Origin: Pirellulales bacterium
GTDB lineage: Bacteria > Planctomycetota > Planctomycetia > Pirellulales > PALSA-1355
DNA length: 64,000 nt
Assembly: GCA_022844125.1 (NCBI GenBank)
Contig: JALHMI010000014.1
Coordinates: 131,298 to 195,297, forward strand
Direction of reading: 5' to 3'
Part shown: one piece after another, positions 1-8,080 of the stretch
How the letters are laid out: the number at the start of each line of letters is the position of its first letter
Numbering within the stretch: position 1 is the first letter of the stretch
The notes under the pieces: model-generated
Databases searched by the model: none
Told to the model about the DNA's origin: nothing
What the model saw: only the letters and a program-made list of their open reading frames with translations
Made by a program: the position numbers and the translations under genes

Positions 1-751
1 CAGGCGAGCGCAGCTTCAGCTTCGATGAGGCTTTGGATTACGGCCTCCAGTTGATTGCTTCAAGACCTGCGCCTCAGGCGTCCTCTGGGCGTCAGCACTC
101 AGACGACTACCAGATTGTCTCCCCGAGGGGGAGAGTGAAGGCACTGCAGGCTACAGAACCAAGTAAGGTGGAATTATGGAAAGGGCGCAACTGGCAGAGT
201 TCGGTGAATCGAGTCGATCGATCAACGCCATGCGTCGAGATCTCTCGCCTTTCTAGCCGTGCTGATCAATCGACAGATCCAAAGCCAGCCAATCCAGTGC
301 CGGGCCCCTTGGGTCCTGGCACACTGGCCACTCCCCAACTTTGTGATCAAGATGCGACCGGTCCCCGCACCGATCTGGATCCAAGCACGGCAGAATGGCC
401 GGGCGGCCGGCCTACCATTCAATCGCAATGCGATCAGATGATTGGCCAAGCGCAATTCCACGCCGACGAAGCCGCGGTCCTGGACCGGCTCAGCGGCCGA
501 TCAAGCAGGTGCGATCAAAGTCCGCAGCGGACTGTTCGAGATCTGGTTGCACGCTCGCCCCAACTCCCACGATACGGGCATGATGCTGCGAGATTGCGTC
601 ATCGCCTTGCTCGCCTAGCACGGCTTGGCATATCGACCGGAACTGCAGTTCGCCCGCCGCCGGACTAAACGAAACTGCCCTGCCGTGCAGTTGACCCGTA
701 ATCACCACACGATCTCGTTCACGACTTCCAACATTCGATCCCGAACAAACC

Positions 752-1030
752 ATGACTCACCAACCCGATTACAAACAAACCGGCCCGACTGGCCCTTATC
801 GCGATGTGCACATCAAAAGAGTACCTGAGCCTATCTGGCGAAGAGCACGCCAGAATGCATTGGCCTCAGGCCTCTCCTTCAAGGCCTACGTCACTTGGCT
901 ACTGGACCACAGCGAGCCGTGCGAGCCTCTTGGTCCTCGGGAGCTGCGGCATCCTGAGCCTGTAGTTGATGACGGCAACTCGGGCGTCGTGCGGGAAGCC
1001 AGTCGCCCCACAAATTCCTCAGTCGAGTGA
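752..1030 (+). CDS. small putative ribbon-helix-helix (Arc/CopG-like) DNA-binding protein
   Basis: 92-codon ORF. The segment VHIKRVPEPIWRRARQNALASGLSFKAYVTWLL fits a strand-helix-helix pattern. A degenerate paralogous segment (VIKMRPVPAPIWIQARQNGRAAGLPF) is encoded about 480 bp upstream in ORF 259-441. Confidence 0.35.
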   Translation: MTHQPDYKQTGPTGPYRDVHIKRVPEPIWRRARQNALASGLSFKAYVTWLLDHSEPCEPLGPRELRHPEPVVDDGNSGVVREASRPTNSSVE

Positions 1031-1098
1031 GATTGCGATTCGGCCTGGAAGTAGAGGGAGAAAAGTCAACTTTTTCACCCCATTCAGAAAGGTCGGAT

Positions 1099-1542
1099 AT
1101 GAGCCTCAAGTTGTTCCAGCATCTCCTGATTTCGTACGGTGGCTTCGCAGATCAACGCTACAAAGCCATCGCTCCGAACCGAGCAATTTGCATCGACGAT
1201 CGATGCGAGCATGATCGTTGCCATGAATTCTGTTCGATGTTCTTAAAGCTAAGTGATTCTAACGACGTTGTCATGCACATGAATCATTTGCCCGTCGACG
1301 ATGACGTGCTTGCACGCTTAGACAAGCTAGACGCTGTCGTCAGTCTACTGAACGATGGAAACCGCGTTGAGTTCGTGCTGACTCCTAAAGCGACTAGGCA
1401 ACTGCGACAATTGGCCACAGAAGTGCGGCGTGTAGCCGGTCGGGGTCGCCATTACCCGAAACGAAATTGGAAATGGATCGCCCCCAGGACTGCCAAATCG
1501 TTGTGCCGTCTCGCCGATGTGTTGGACCGATTCCCCTCTTAG
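1099..1542 (+). CDS. hypothetical protein
   Basis: ORF 1027-1542. The first ATG is at 1099 (MSLKLFQHLL...). No motif recognised. Confidence 0.35.
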   Translation: MSLKLFQHLLISYGGFADQRYKAIAPNRAICIDDRCEHDRCHEFCSMFLKLSDSNDVVMHMNHLPVDDDVLARLDKLDAVVSLLNDGNRVEFVLTPKATRQLRQLATEVRRVAGRGRHYPKRNWKWIAPRTAKSLCRLADVLDRFPS

Positions 1543-1604
1543 TGTTTCTGGAATGTGTTTTCCCGACTATTTCGTCCTTCACTCTTTATAGAAAGCATTT
1601 AACA

Positions 1605-2117
1605 ATGTCTACAATCGATCATTCTGTGCCCATGACTACTGAAGTGCCAGAAATGGCTCCGAAGGTTGACCCACAAACGAAAGCGATCACGCAGTGGGAC
1701 GCTGTGTTGAAGCACGCTCTACGAGTAAGCGACTACAAAGACTATGCTCCCCCAGAACTTGAGTCACTAGCGAGCACGCGGGAAAAGGCAGCCGACCTTA
1801 TTCGCACCCTCGCACTTCTAAGGTCGGAATTGCCGGCCGAGTACTATCTTCGAGAAGACGATGAGCGATACCCGGCCTATCTGTCGAAAGTTGAACTCTT
1901 CCAATCCCGAACGGGAGAGATTGCAAAGCAAGTGTTCAGTCTTATGTCCGCAGCAACAGACATTGCAGCCGAAAATGAATCCATCGCTGAGGATTTTTTG
2001 AGCAGCACGGATCACCCAGCGTTCCACTTCGGCGTGTGTCTCGGAAGCTTCACTCGAGACATGGACGCGTTGGGCATTGAAATACCGGCGGAAGTCGACG
2101 AGCCGGCAGAATTGTGA
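1605..2117 (+). CDS. hypothetical acidic protein
   Basis: Part of ORF 1467-2117. ATG at 1605 (MSTIDHSV...). Plausible globular/helical composition with an acidic C-terminus. No motif recognised. Confidence 0.45.
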   Translation: MSTIDHSVPMTTEVPEMAPKVDPQTKAITQWDAVLKHALRVSDYKDYAPPELESLASTREKAADLIRTLALLRSELPAEYYLREDDERYPAYLSKVELFQSRTGEIAKQVFSLMSAATDIAAENESIAEDFLSSTDHPAFHFGVCLGSFTRDMDALGIEIPAEVDEPAEL

Positions 2118-2700
2118 TTAGATGCTCTAGGTCGAGTAGATCCGAACCAGAACGTCCGTAGATGACTCGGATCTACTCGATTTCCTTCGATGCCAAGAGC
2201 CGGTGCGGTGCCCCAAAATCACCTGTGCATGAATCAGCGTCGGACAGTCGGTCTGATTGATGGTGACCACACCCAACGTTGGCTACCTTCGCCCAGAGTT
2301 CGAATGGACTTGGCAGTTCGACAGCCCGCGGCACTGAAGTCTTGCTACTGCAGAAGAGCTTGCACTTCGGCAATGCTGTGCCGGGACGCCCGGTGAATCA
2401 CCGCGTGGCAGTTTGGGCTGAAGAGCCCATTAATAGTTGCCTCCGGTCGTCGAGTTTTTCGAACACGGCGGCCAGGAATGCTTCGGTGCCGCCTCACAAC
2501 TTTACCTAACTAAGTGGCTTATCGGGAACACGTCGAGTCGCCCTTTTTCGGCACGGGGAATCTCACGGGACAGAAACCATCGCGATGAGCTGCACTATTT
2601 CTTCCGGTGGCGATCGTGTTCGCGTCCGTGATTTCAGCACCGGAATTCCTTCACATTCTTGCGAACTACCGTGGAGCCTCATAGTGTGATTCGGCGAGTC

Positions 2701-2815
2701 GCTCCCGATGACGACGGTTCGATCGGCGAACCGCATCGATCTCGAGGGAACGAGGCTCGATGAGCCCGCACTCGCCGCGGAAGAGATTTCTTCCGCAAGT
2801 CTCGACGGAGAACTC
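2701..2815 (+). pseudogene. internally deleted copy of the DUF932 gene leader plus first codons
   Basis: 2701-2736 matches 3680-3715 at 32 of 36 nt. 2747-2800 parallels 3817-3870 (ggctcgatgagcccgca is identical; GTRLDEPALAAEEISSASLDGELE vs GTRLDEPATAAEAISAAGLDYDVEL). About 95 nt carrying the RBS, ATG and first ~25 codons of the intact gene are missing. Similarity fades after ~2815. Confidence 0.5.
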
Positions 2816-3066
2816 GAACAGCACTGCATAGTTCCACTTCTCCGCTTGCAAGCCCAGCACGGTTCAGATCCCCGACCGGGCAAGGCTGTCAGCCTCACTT
2901 CACCGCTCAGGGAAAGCCCGACCACGAAAAATGGGCACGAACACTTGTTTCGACTCGCAGTGGCCCCGCGCGCGAGCCAGTGAGCCAAATTACGAACTCG
3001 TAGGTGTTATTAGTCGGGCAAAAATGCTTGCCCAAATGAATTCCCCATTTCAGAAGGAGCCTTTAG

Positions 3067-3561
3067 ATGGCTACCACAGTTTTAGAAGGCAATCACGAAG
3101 ACAAGAAGCCACGGGTCACCAAGCGAATGCGTCGCGAGCGGTTGAAAAGCGAACTCCTCGGCCAAGCTGAGGAACTCCTTCGCCTTGAGGAACCCGAGGT
3201 TCACATCCTGCCGCTAAACAAGGTTCGCTATGCCGCTATGGAGGCAATGATGGAGCTAATATCGCTTGATCGCCGTGCAGGCGACTTTGAAAAACAGTGC
3301 CATTCGATTTGCGTTGCACTCTCACAAGCACTCGAGGAGGCAGAAGGAATACTTGCCTGGAACCACGACGATTTCGATCGCGGGTTGTGGGCAGCAGAGG
3401 AACAAGAATCGCAGGTGTCGGATTCAAAAGAAGCAATTCACAAACTCTTGACTAAGACCGCAGCGTTCGCTTCGCCCTCGGCCGATTCGATGGCCCCCGC
3501 TCAGACCAGTCAAGATACGGCATCGCCGAATGCAGCCGATGCATCGGAAAAGCCCATCTAG
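3067..3561 (+). CDS. hypothetical protein (helical, acidic)
   Basis: 164-codon ORF with GGAG 8 nt upstream of the ATG. A 9-bp-stem hairpin lies 38 nt after the stop. Confidence 0.5.
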   Translation: MATTVLEGNHEDKKPRVTKRMRRERLKSELLGQAEELLRLEEPEVHILPLNKVRYAAMEAMMELISLDRRAGDFEKQCHSICVALSQALEEAEGILAWNHDDFDRGLWAAEEQESQVSDSKEAIHKLLTKTAAFASPSADSMAPAQTSQDTASPNAADASEKPI

Positions 3562-3598
3562 CCCTTCCTGGAGGCAGTCGCCACTCTACGCACCGCAT

Positions 3599-3634
3599 AG
3601 GCGTTGAACAGTTATTCCTGAGTGCTCAACGCCT
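3599..3634 (+). terminator. hairpin downstream of CDS 3067-3561
   Basis: AGGCGTTGA (3599-3607) pairs with TCAACGCCT (3626-3634). The stem extends by 2 more bp after one mismatch. There is no clear U-tract. Confidence 0.3.
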
Positions 3635-3679
3635 GGCGACATTTCTGGACTCCCCAGCTGGCTGCTCTATCTATGGGTA

Positions 3680-3715
3680 GCTCCCGAAGACGACGGTTCG
3701 AGCGCCGAACCGCAC
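3680..3715 (+). promoter_or_regulatory. conserved 36-nt leader element with a 7-bp hairpin upstream of the DUF932 gene
   Basis: CGGTTCG (3694-3700), a 5-nt loop, then CGAACCG (3706-3712). The same stem occurs at 2715-2733 in the decayed copy. The only differences within the hairpin are two loop positions. Confidence 0.4.
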
Positions 3716-3741
3716 ACAGTCGATCTTAAGGAGCTCTCACG

Positions 3742-4719
3742 ATGGCCCACAACCTAGCGACGACAAATGGCAGAACGGCGATGGCCTTTTACGGCGAGAC
3801 GCCGTGGCACGATCTCGGAACTCGGCTCGATGAGCCCGCAACTGCCGCGGAAGCGATCTCAGCCGCAGGGCTAGACTACGACGTCGAGCTGACAAGCATC
3901 ATCACGACCGATGGCATCCCGGTACCGCAGAAGCGAGCGGTCGTCCGAACCGATTCGAGTGACGTCATCGGCGTTGTCGGGAACGGATATGTCCCCGTGC
4001 AGAACCGAGAGTGCTTCGGCTTCCTGGACGCCATCGTGGCTGAGGGTGGCTTGCGGTATCACACGGCCGGAGCACTGGGCAGAGGCGAACGAATCTGGCT
4101 TCTCGCAAAACTGCCCGAACAGATTCGAGTGAAGAACAGTGTCGACGTCGTGGACAAGTTCTTGTTGCTCTCCAACACGCACGATGGGACCGCTGCTCTG
4201 CGAGTGTTCTTCACGCCGATCCGTGTCGTGTGCCAGAACACGCTGAACATGGCCGAGGTCCGAGGCCGAAGTGACGGCATTTCGATCCTGCACCGGGGCG
4301 ACCTCGTGAGCAAGATTCGCGAAGCCCAGCGAGTGCTCGGCCTGGCAGAGCAATTCTACGATGATGCTGCTGCGAAGATCGATCATCTGGCTAACGTCTA
4401 TCCGACATCGGAGCAGCTCAAGAACTTCTTCGAGTCGCTCTACCCGGACCCGATTCTGTCGGAGAACCGTCGGGCGAAGAATGTTCGCGACAAACTCTTC
4501 AATCTCTTCGAGTCGGGAATGGGGCAGGACATGCCCGAGGTCAAGCACACAGCTTGGGCGGCCTTCAACGCGGTGACCGAGTACGTCGATCATCTGCGTC
4601 CATCGCGAGGCCGTGACGATCGTGAACGATCCGGTCGCCGGCTGGATTCCGCCTGGTTCGGATCGGGTGCCAAGCTCAAGGCTCGTGCCTGGAACCTGGC
4701 TCTCACGATGGCGAACTAA
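3742..4719 (+). CDS. DUF932 / TIGR03299 phage-plasmid-like protein
   Basis: The N-terminus (NGRTAMAFYGETPWHDLGTRL) and the segments GERIWLLAKLP, LLLSNTHDGTAALRVFFTPIRVVCQNTL match the family as I know it from ICEs and plasmids. AAGGAG RBS upstream. Confidence 0.85.
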   Translation: MAHNLATTNGRTAMAFYGETPWHDLGTRLDEPATAAEAISAAGLDYDVELTSIITTDGIPVPQKRAVVRTDSSDVIGVVGNGYVPVQNRECFGFLDAIVAEGGLRYHTAGALGRGERIWLLAKLPEQIRVKNSVDVVDKFLLLSNTHDGTAALRVFFTPIRVVCQNTLNMAEVRGRSDGISILHRGDLVSKIREAQRVLGLAEQFYDDAAAKIDHLANVYPTSEQLKNFFESLYPDPILSENRRAKNVRDKLFNLFESGMGQDMPEVKHTAWAAFNAVTEYVDHLRPSRGRDDRERSGRRLDSAWFGSGAKLKARAWNLALTMAN

Positions 4720-4826
4720 CCAATTCGTCCCCCCACCTCCATCCCTCGCCGAGAGTGCAGGGATGGTCGTCGGGGTGTCCTTCCTTACTTGGCCCACCGC
4801 AACTTTTCCGATTGGAGCGAAATACG

Positions 4827-5366
4827 ATGCTACGTGTAAACGTCGGACTCAGCCGCAAACTGAGCAAGGATTACAACTCGAACGGATTCTCGGTCAACAT
4901 CGACGGAGAAGTCACCGCTGCCACGAACGACCTCGAAGCAGTGATGGAGCAGGTCAAGGAACTCTTTGACCTGGCCGAAGAAGCTCTGGACCTACAAGTA
5001 GAACGATCCCAAGGCGAGGCTGCCATCGCCAGTCGCGACATTCCGCCGACTGCTCAGCCGGTTGACCCGTCAGTTCGACAAACGACCAGCACTGGCAGCG
5101 GACCTCAAAGCCGTTCTGTAATTTCGAGCCCTCGAACGGGCTACCGCAACGGCTCGGGTTCCCGAACCGAGGAAGAGCCGGCGACCAATAAGCAGATCAA
5201 CTACCTGTTGAGCATCGGTAAACGGCAACGACTATCGACCACTCAGCTGGAGAAGCGACTAGCCGAAATGCTGGGTCGTCCGGTGGGCCTGTACGACCTG
5301 TCCAAACAGTCGGCGGCATTCGCGATCGAGCAGCTCACCAGTGAGACGCCCGCATCACGCAACTGA
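4827..5366 (+). CDS. hypothetical protein
   Basis: ATG at 4827 preceded by GGAG. C-terminal helix motif ATNKQINYLLSIGKR...LYDLSKQSAAFAIEQL. Family not recognised. Confidence 0.55.
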   Translation: MLRVNVGLSRKLSKDYNSNGFSVNIDGEVTAATNDLEAVMEQVKELFDLAEEALDLQVERSQGEAAIASRDIPPTAQPVDPSVRQTTSTGSGPQSRSVISSPRTGYRNGSGSRTEEEPATNKQINYLLSIGKRQRLSTTQLEKRLAEMLGRPVGLYDLSKQSAAFAIEQLTSETPASRN

Positions 5367-5464
5367 TCCGAGTACGCGACTCTGACGGCAGCTGTTCGTG
5401 GCAAGGATGCCGCGAGCGGCTGTCACTCTCTCAACGGACTCTTGCGATAGATCGGAGTGCCTCC

Positions 5465-6295
5465 GTGATCACCCGCCCTCACTGGTCGTATAGCCAGCTC
5501 TCACAGTTCATGCGATGCCCGCTTCAGTACTACTTTGAACGGATCGCCAAGTTGCCTAAGCCCTTCCTGCCAAGCGGATTGGTGCTGGGCACAGCAGTCC
5601 ATCAAGCTCTCGCAGAATATCACCGTCGGCTGCAATCGAAGAAGTCAGCAACGCGAGATGAAGTTCGAACTGCATTTCTGGAAGCATGGAATGATGCGGA
5701 GAAAGAAAAGCCGGTTCAGTTCCGCAACGGCGAGAACCGCCAAAAGGCACAGGACCAGGGTATCGCACTTCTGGAACTCTATCAGGAGCAGCCACCTCCC
5801 AAGCAGATTGTGGCAATCGAGCAATCGATGATGGTCCCGCTGGAGAACAGTCGCGGCCAGTTTCTGGAGAAGCCACTGGTGGCAGTGGTCGATTTGCTGT
5901 ATCGCGAAAGCCAGGAACTCGTGGTCAATGAGTTCAAAACCAGCGGTCGACGATTCGCAGATTCTGAAGTCGACAACGGCCTGCAAGCCAGTGCCTACGT
6001 TCATGCAGTCTTGCAGCGGTACGACGAGCGGGCTCGCGTTCGGTACACGATTCTCGTGAAGTCCAAGTCGCCGACCATCCAGAACCTGGAAACAGCTCGA
6101 ACGGACTCGGACCTGACTCGACTGGGAGATATCGCGGAAGCCATTGAGCGAGCAATCGCATCCGAAGTGTTTTATCCGGTTGAAACCCCGATGAACTGCT
6201 CGGGATGCCCATTCTTCCGTCCCTGCCGAGACTGGACGGCGAAATCGCACTCCAGAGCAAACTCAAATGGCCATGCTGTAGGTGAAACATGCTGA
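5465..6295 (+). CDS. PD-(D/E)XK nuclease, Cas4/AddB-like with a Cys cluster
   Basis: N-terminal SYSQLSQFMRCPLQYYF, then VDLLY...VVNEFKTS (D...ExK), QASAYVHA, and C-terminal CSGCPFFRPC (one N-terminal Cys plus three C-terminal Cys). Confidence 0.8.
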   Translation: MITRPHWSYSQLSQFMRCPLQYYFERIAKLPKPFLPSGLVLGTAVHQALAEYHRRLQSKKSATRDEVRTAFLEAWNDAEKEKPVQFRNGENRQKAQDQGIALLELYQEQPPPKQIVAIEQSMMVPLENSRGQFLEKPLVAVVDLLYRESQELVVNEFKTSGRRFADSEVDNGLQASAYVHAVLQRYDERARVRYTILVKSKSPTIQNLETARTDSDLTRLGDIAEAIERAIASEVFYPVETPMNCSGCPFFRPCRDWTAKSHSRANSNGHAVGETC

Positions 6296-7230
6296 CGGAG
6301 CTTAAGGGCAAAGGTGGATGTCTGTGTCAGCCCGCAAAGCAAGGACAGCTGCGATGTCCGCTGATCGTGCGGCCGACGAGTGAGGATGTCATCACGGGGC
6401 ATGTCTTTCAGACGCTGAAGAACATCAATCCACGCCACTGGCTTCCGCAACTGCTGAACGTTGGTCTCGGTGCACCTCGATTCCGACAGCAGTGTTTTCG
6501 GAACTTGCAAATTGAGTTGTGGGCCAATCAGCCCAGCTATCCACCAAACTTACTGCCCTGGAAAGAAGGATCCACCCAGGTCGATGCTGTGATCACTTGG
6601 GAGAATCCACCGACCACGGTCTTCATCGAAGCGAAGTATCGAGCGGATTTGACGCCGAGGTCGAGTAAAGATGATGGCCAAAGTGGATATCCCTCCGACC
6701 AACTGATTCGAAATCTACGTGTCGGCCTGCATCATTCTGGATACCTGCAAGAGCCAAGGCTCTTCAAGTCAGCACCACGAGACTTCGCACTGATTCTCTT
6801 CGCTCCATCCGGAGAGCATGAGCTTGTGAAGAAGTACCGCAACCCAGAATCCGCACTGACTGCGATTCCACACAGCAATTGCCTTCATGTTTTGCCACGT
6901 CAGCCGTTTGTTGGCCAACTGACCTATGCCGATTTGTGCTCGATCCTGAAATCCACAAGCAAGTGGATGACGAGAGTCGAGCGAATGCTCGTGCAGGATC
7001 TAATCGAGTATCTCGAATTCAAATTGGCCACGTTTGCCAATCCTGTCCATGTTGAACGGCAGCTGGATCTGACCCCTCCGATTTCTGATAGAGCGACAAG
7101 TTGGCGAGACCCCGTCGACAGTCACTTGGCGACGGATTCAACGAAGTTGCCATTAAAGTATTCCGCTATCGCGACTGCTCACGACACTCGCTCGGAGGCG
7201 AGTGCAAGAGGCAACCCGGAGCACAGCTGA
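6289..7230 (+). CDS. PD-(D/E)XK-like (restriction-endonuclease-fold) protein, paralogue family 1 of 3
   Basis: ATGCTGA overlap with the upstream nuclease gene. SEDVITGHVFQTL ... VDAVITWENPPTTVFIEAKYRADL gives a D-x13-E-x-K pattern. The same architecture occurs at 21549-22556 and 22597-23598. Confidence 0.55.
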   Translation: MLTELKGKGGCLCQPAKQGQLRCPLIVRPTSEDVITGHVFQTLKNINPRHWLPQLLNVGLGAPRFRQQCFRNLQIELWANQPSYPPNLLPWKEGSTQVDAVITWENPPTTVFIEAKYRADLTPRSSKDDGQSGYPSDQLIRNLRVGLHHSGYLQEPRLFKSAPRDFALILFAPSGEHELVKKYRNPESALTAIPHSNCLHVLPRQPFVGQLTYADLCSILKSTSKWMTRVERMLVQDLIEYLEFKLATFANPVHVERQLDLTPPISDRATSWRDPVDSHLATDSTKLPLKYSAIATAHDTRSEASARGNPEHS

Positions 7231-7283
7231 ACGATTTCGGGTAACCCAAGTTCTGACAACCCTACTTCAACGGAGAAACGACT

Positions 7284-7526
7284 ATGGCTACTCGCAAAAG
7301 CACCCAGGAAACGAAGCCCGTCCACGAAGTCCGCCTCGGAGCCATCAAAGCTGCCATCTGGCAGAATGAGACGACGAACGGACCGCGGCACAACGTCACG
7401 CTCTGCCGCCTTTACAAGGACGGCGACGAATGGAAGCGAACCGACGGATTCGGCCGCGATGATCTTCCCCTGGTGGCCAAAGTTGTTGACCTGGCTCACT
7501 CGTGGATCTTCGAGCAGGCGGGTTAG
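7284..7526 (+). CDS. small conserved plasmid/ICE-associated protein (function unknown)
   Basis: 80 codons with a GGAG RBS. The pattern VHEVRLGAIKAAIWQNET..GPRHNVTLCRLYKDGDEWKRTDGFGRDDLPLVAKVVDLAHSWI resembles small proteins I recall next to DUF932 genes. A PC4/YdbC-like ssDNA-binding fold is possible but unproven. Confidence 0.6.
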   Translation: MATRKSTQETKPVHEVRLGAIKAAIWQNETTNGPRHNVTLCRLYKDGDEWKRTDGFGRDDLPLVAKVVDLAHSWIFEQAG

Positions 7527-8080
7527 TCGACGCACAACAAATTCGGCATCTGCCAAGGAGGGCAATGCTGAATCGAAATGCGACTGATCGACCAAGTTTC
7601 AGGCAAATCCCGGGGGATCTGAAATTGGGCTAGAGGTTGTCGTCGTGCAGTGTTGAAGGCCAATCAGATCTCTTTTCTGACGAGCCAAGAAATCCATGCC
7701 GAAGTTGAATCTGCTGATCGTTGGCAATGATGGCGAACTTACCAACGAATTTCTGACTTCGTGCGAAATGCGTGATGAACAGAAAACCCATTACCCCGTA
7801 CGCCGCCGGCGGTGATCATCTAAAAGCGTCTGGACCAGAACGAATTTGCCGGGGGATGCTGAGGATATCGGGTGTGCGAAGATCCAGAAAGCAAACCAGA
7901 TTGACTTTTTAACCACGGAACCGCGTGCGGAAATTGTTTTTCCGTTCGCTCGTACCTGGTGGGGCAGGTCGACCACGTTGCCATTTCGTCGGGCATCTTG
8001 GCACCACCTGCTCTGACCCACTGCTGGCAGGCCGTCGACTAGACTGACTCCGACGGCAATCACTTCGCAGAACGAGTTCA

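Noticed and set aside
33-668. 211-codon plus-strand ORF at the window start
   Set aside because: Its composition is Pro/Arg/Ser/Gln-rich. It overlaps other ORFs in several frames, has no motif, and runs through the RHH-like remnant in another frame. I cannot support it as a gene.
2348-2500. Minus-strand fragment translating to ...INGLFSPNCHAVIHRASRHSIAEVQALLQ*, reminiscent of the LCPNCHxxIH end of HNH nucleases
   Set aside because: Only one short motif is present. The frame opens about 50 codons upstream after a stop, with no start codon and no upstream HNH motifs. At best it is a decayed remnant, not reportable as a feature.
3871-4797. 308-codon minus-strand ORF opposite the DUF932 gene
   Set aside because: It is antisense to a gene with a strong family match. 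Its translation has no motif and an odd composition.
7179-7595. 138-codon minus-strand ORF opposite the 80-aa conserved small protein
   Set aside because: The plus-strand gene has a GGAG RBS and a recognisable conserved pattern. The antisense translation has none.
7696-7815. 39-codon ORF (MPKLNLLIVGNDGELTNEFLTSCEMRDEQKTHYPVRRRR) in the long intergenic region upstream of the WYL regulator
   Set aside because: It is too short, has no RBS or motif support, and may be chance.
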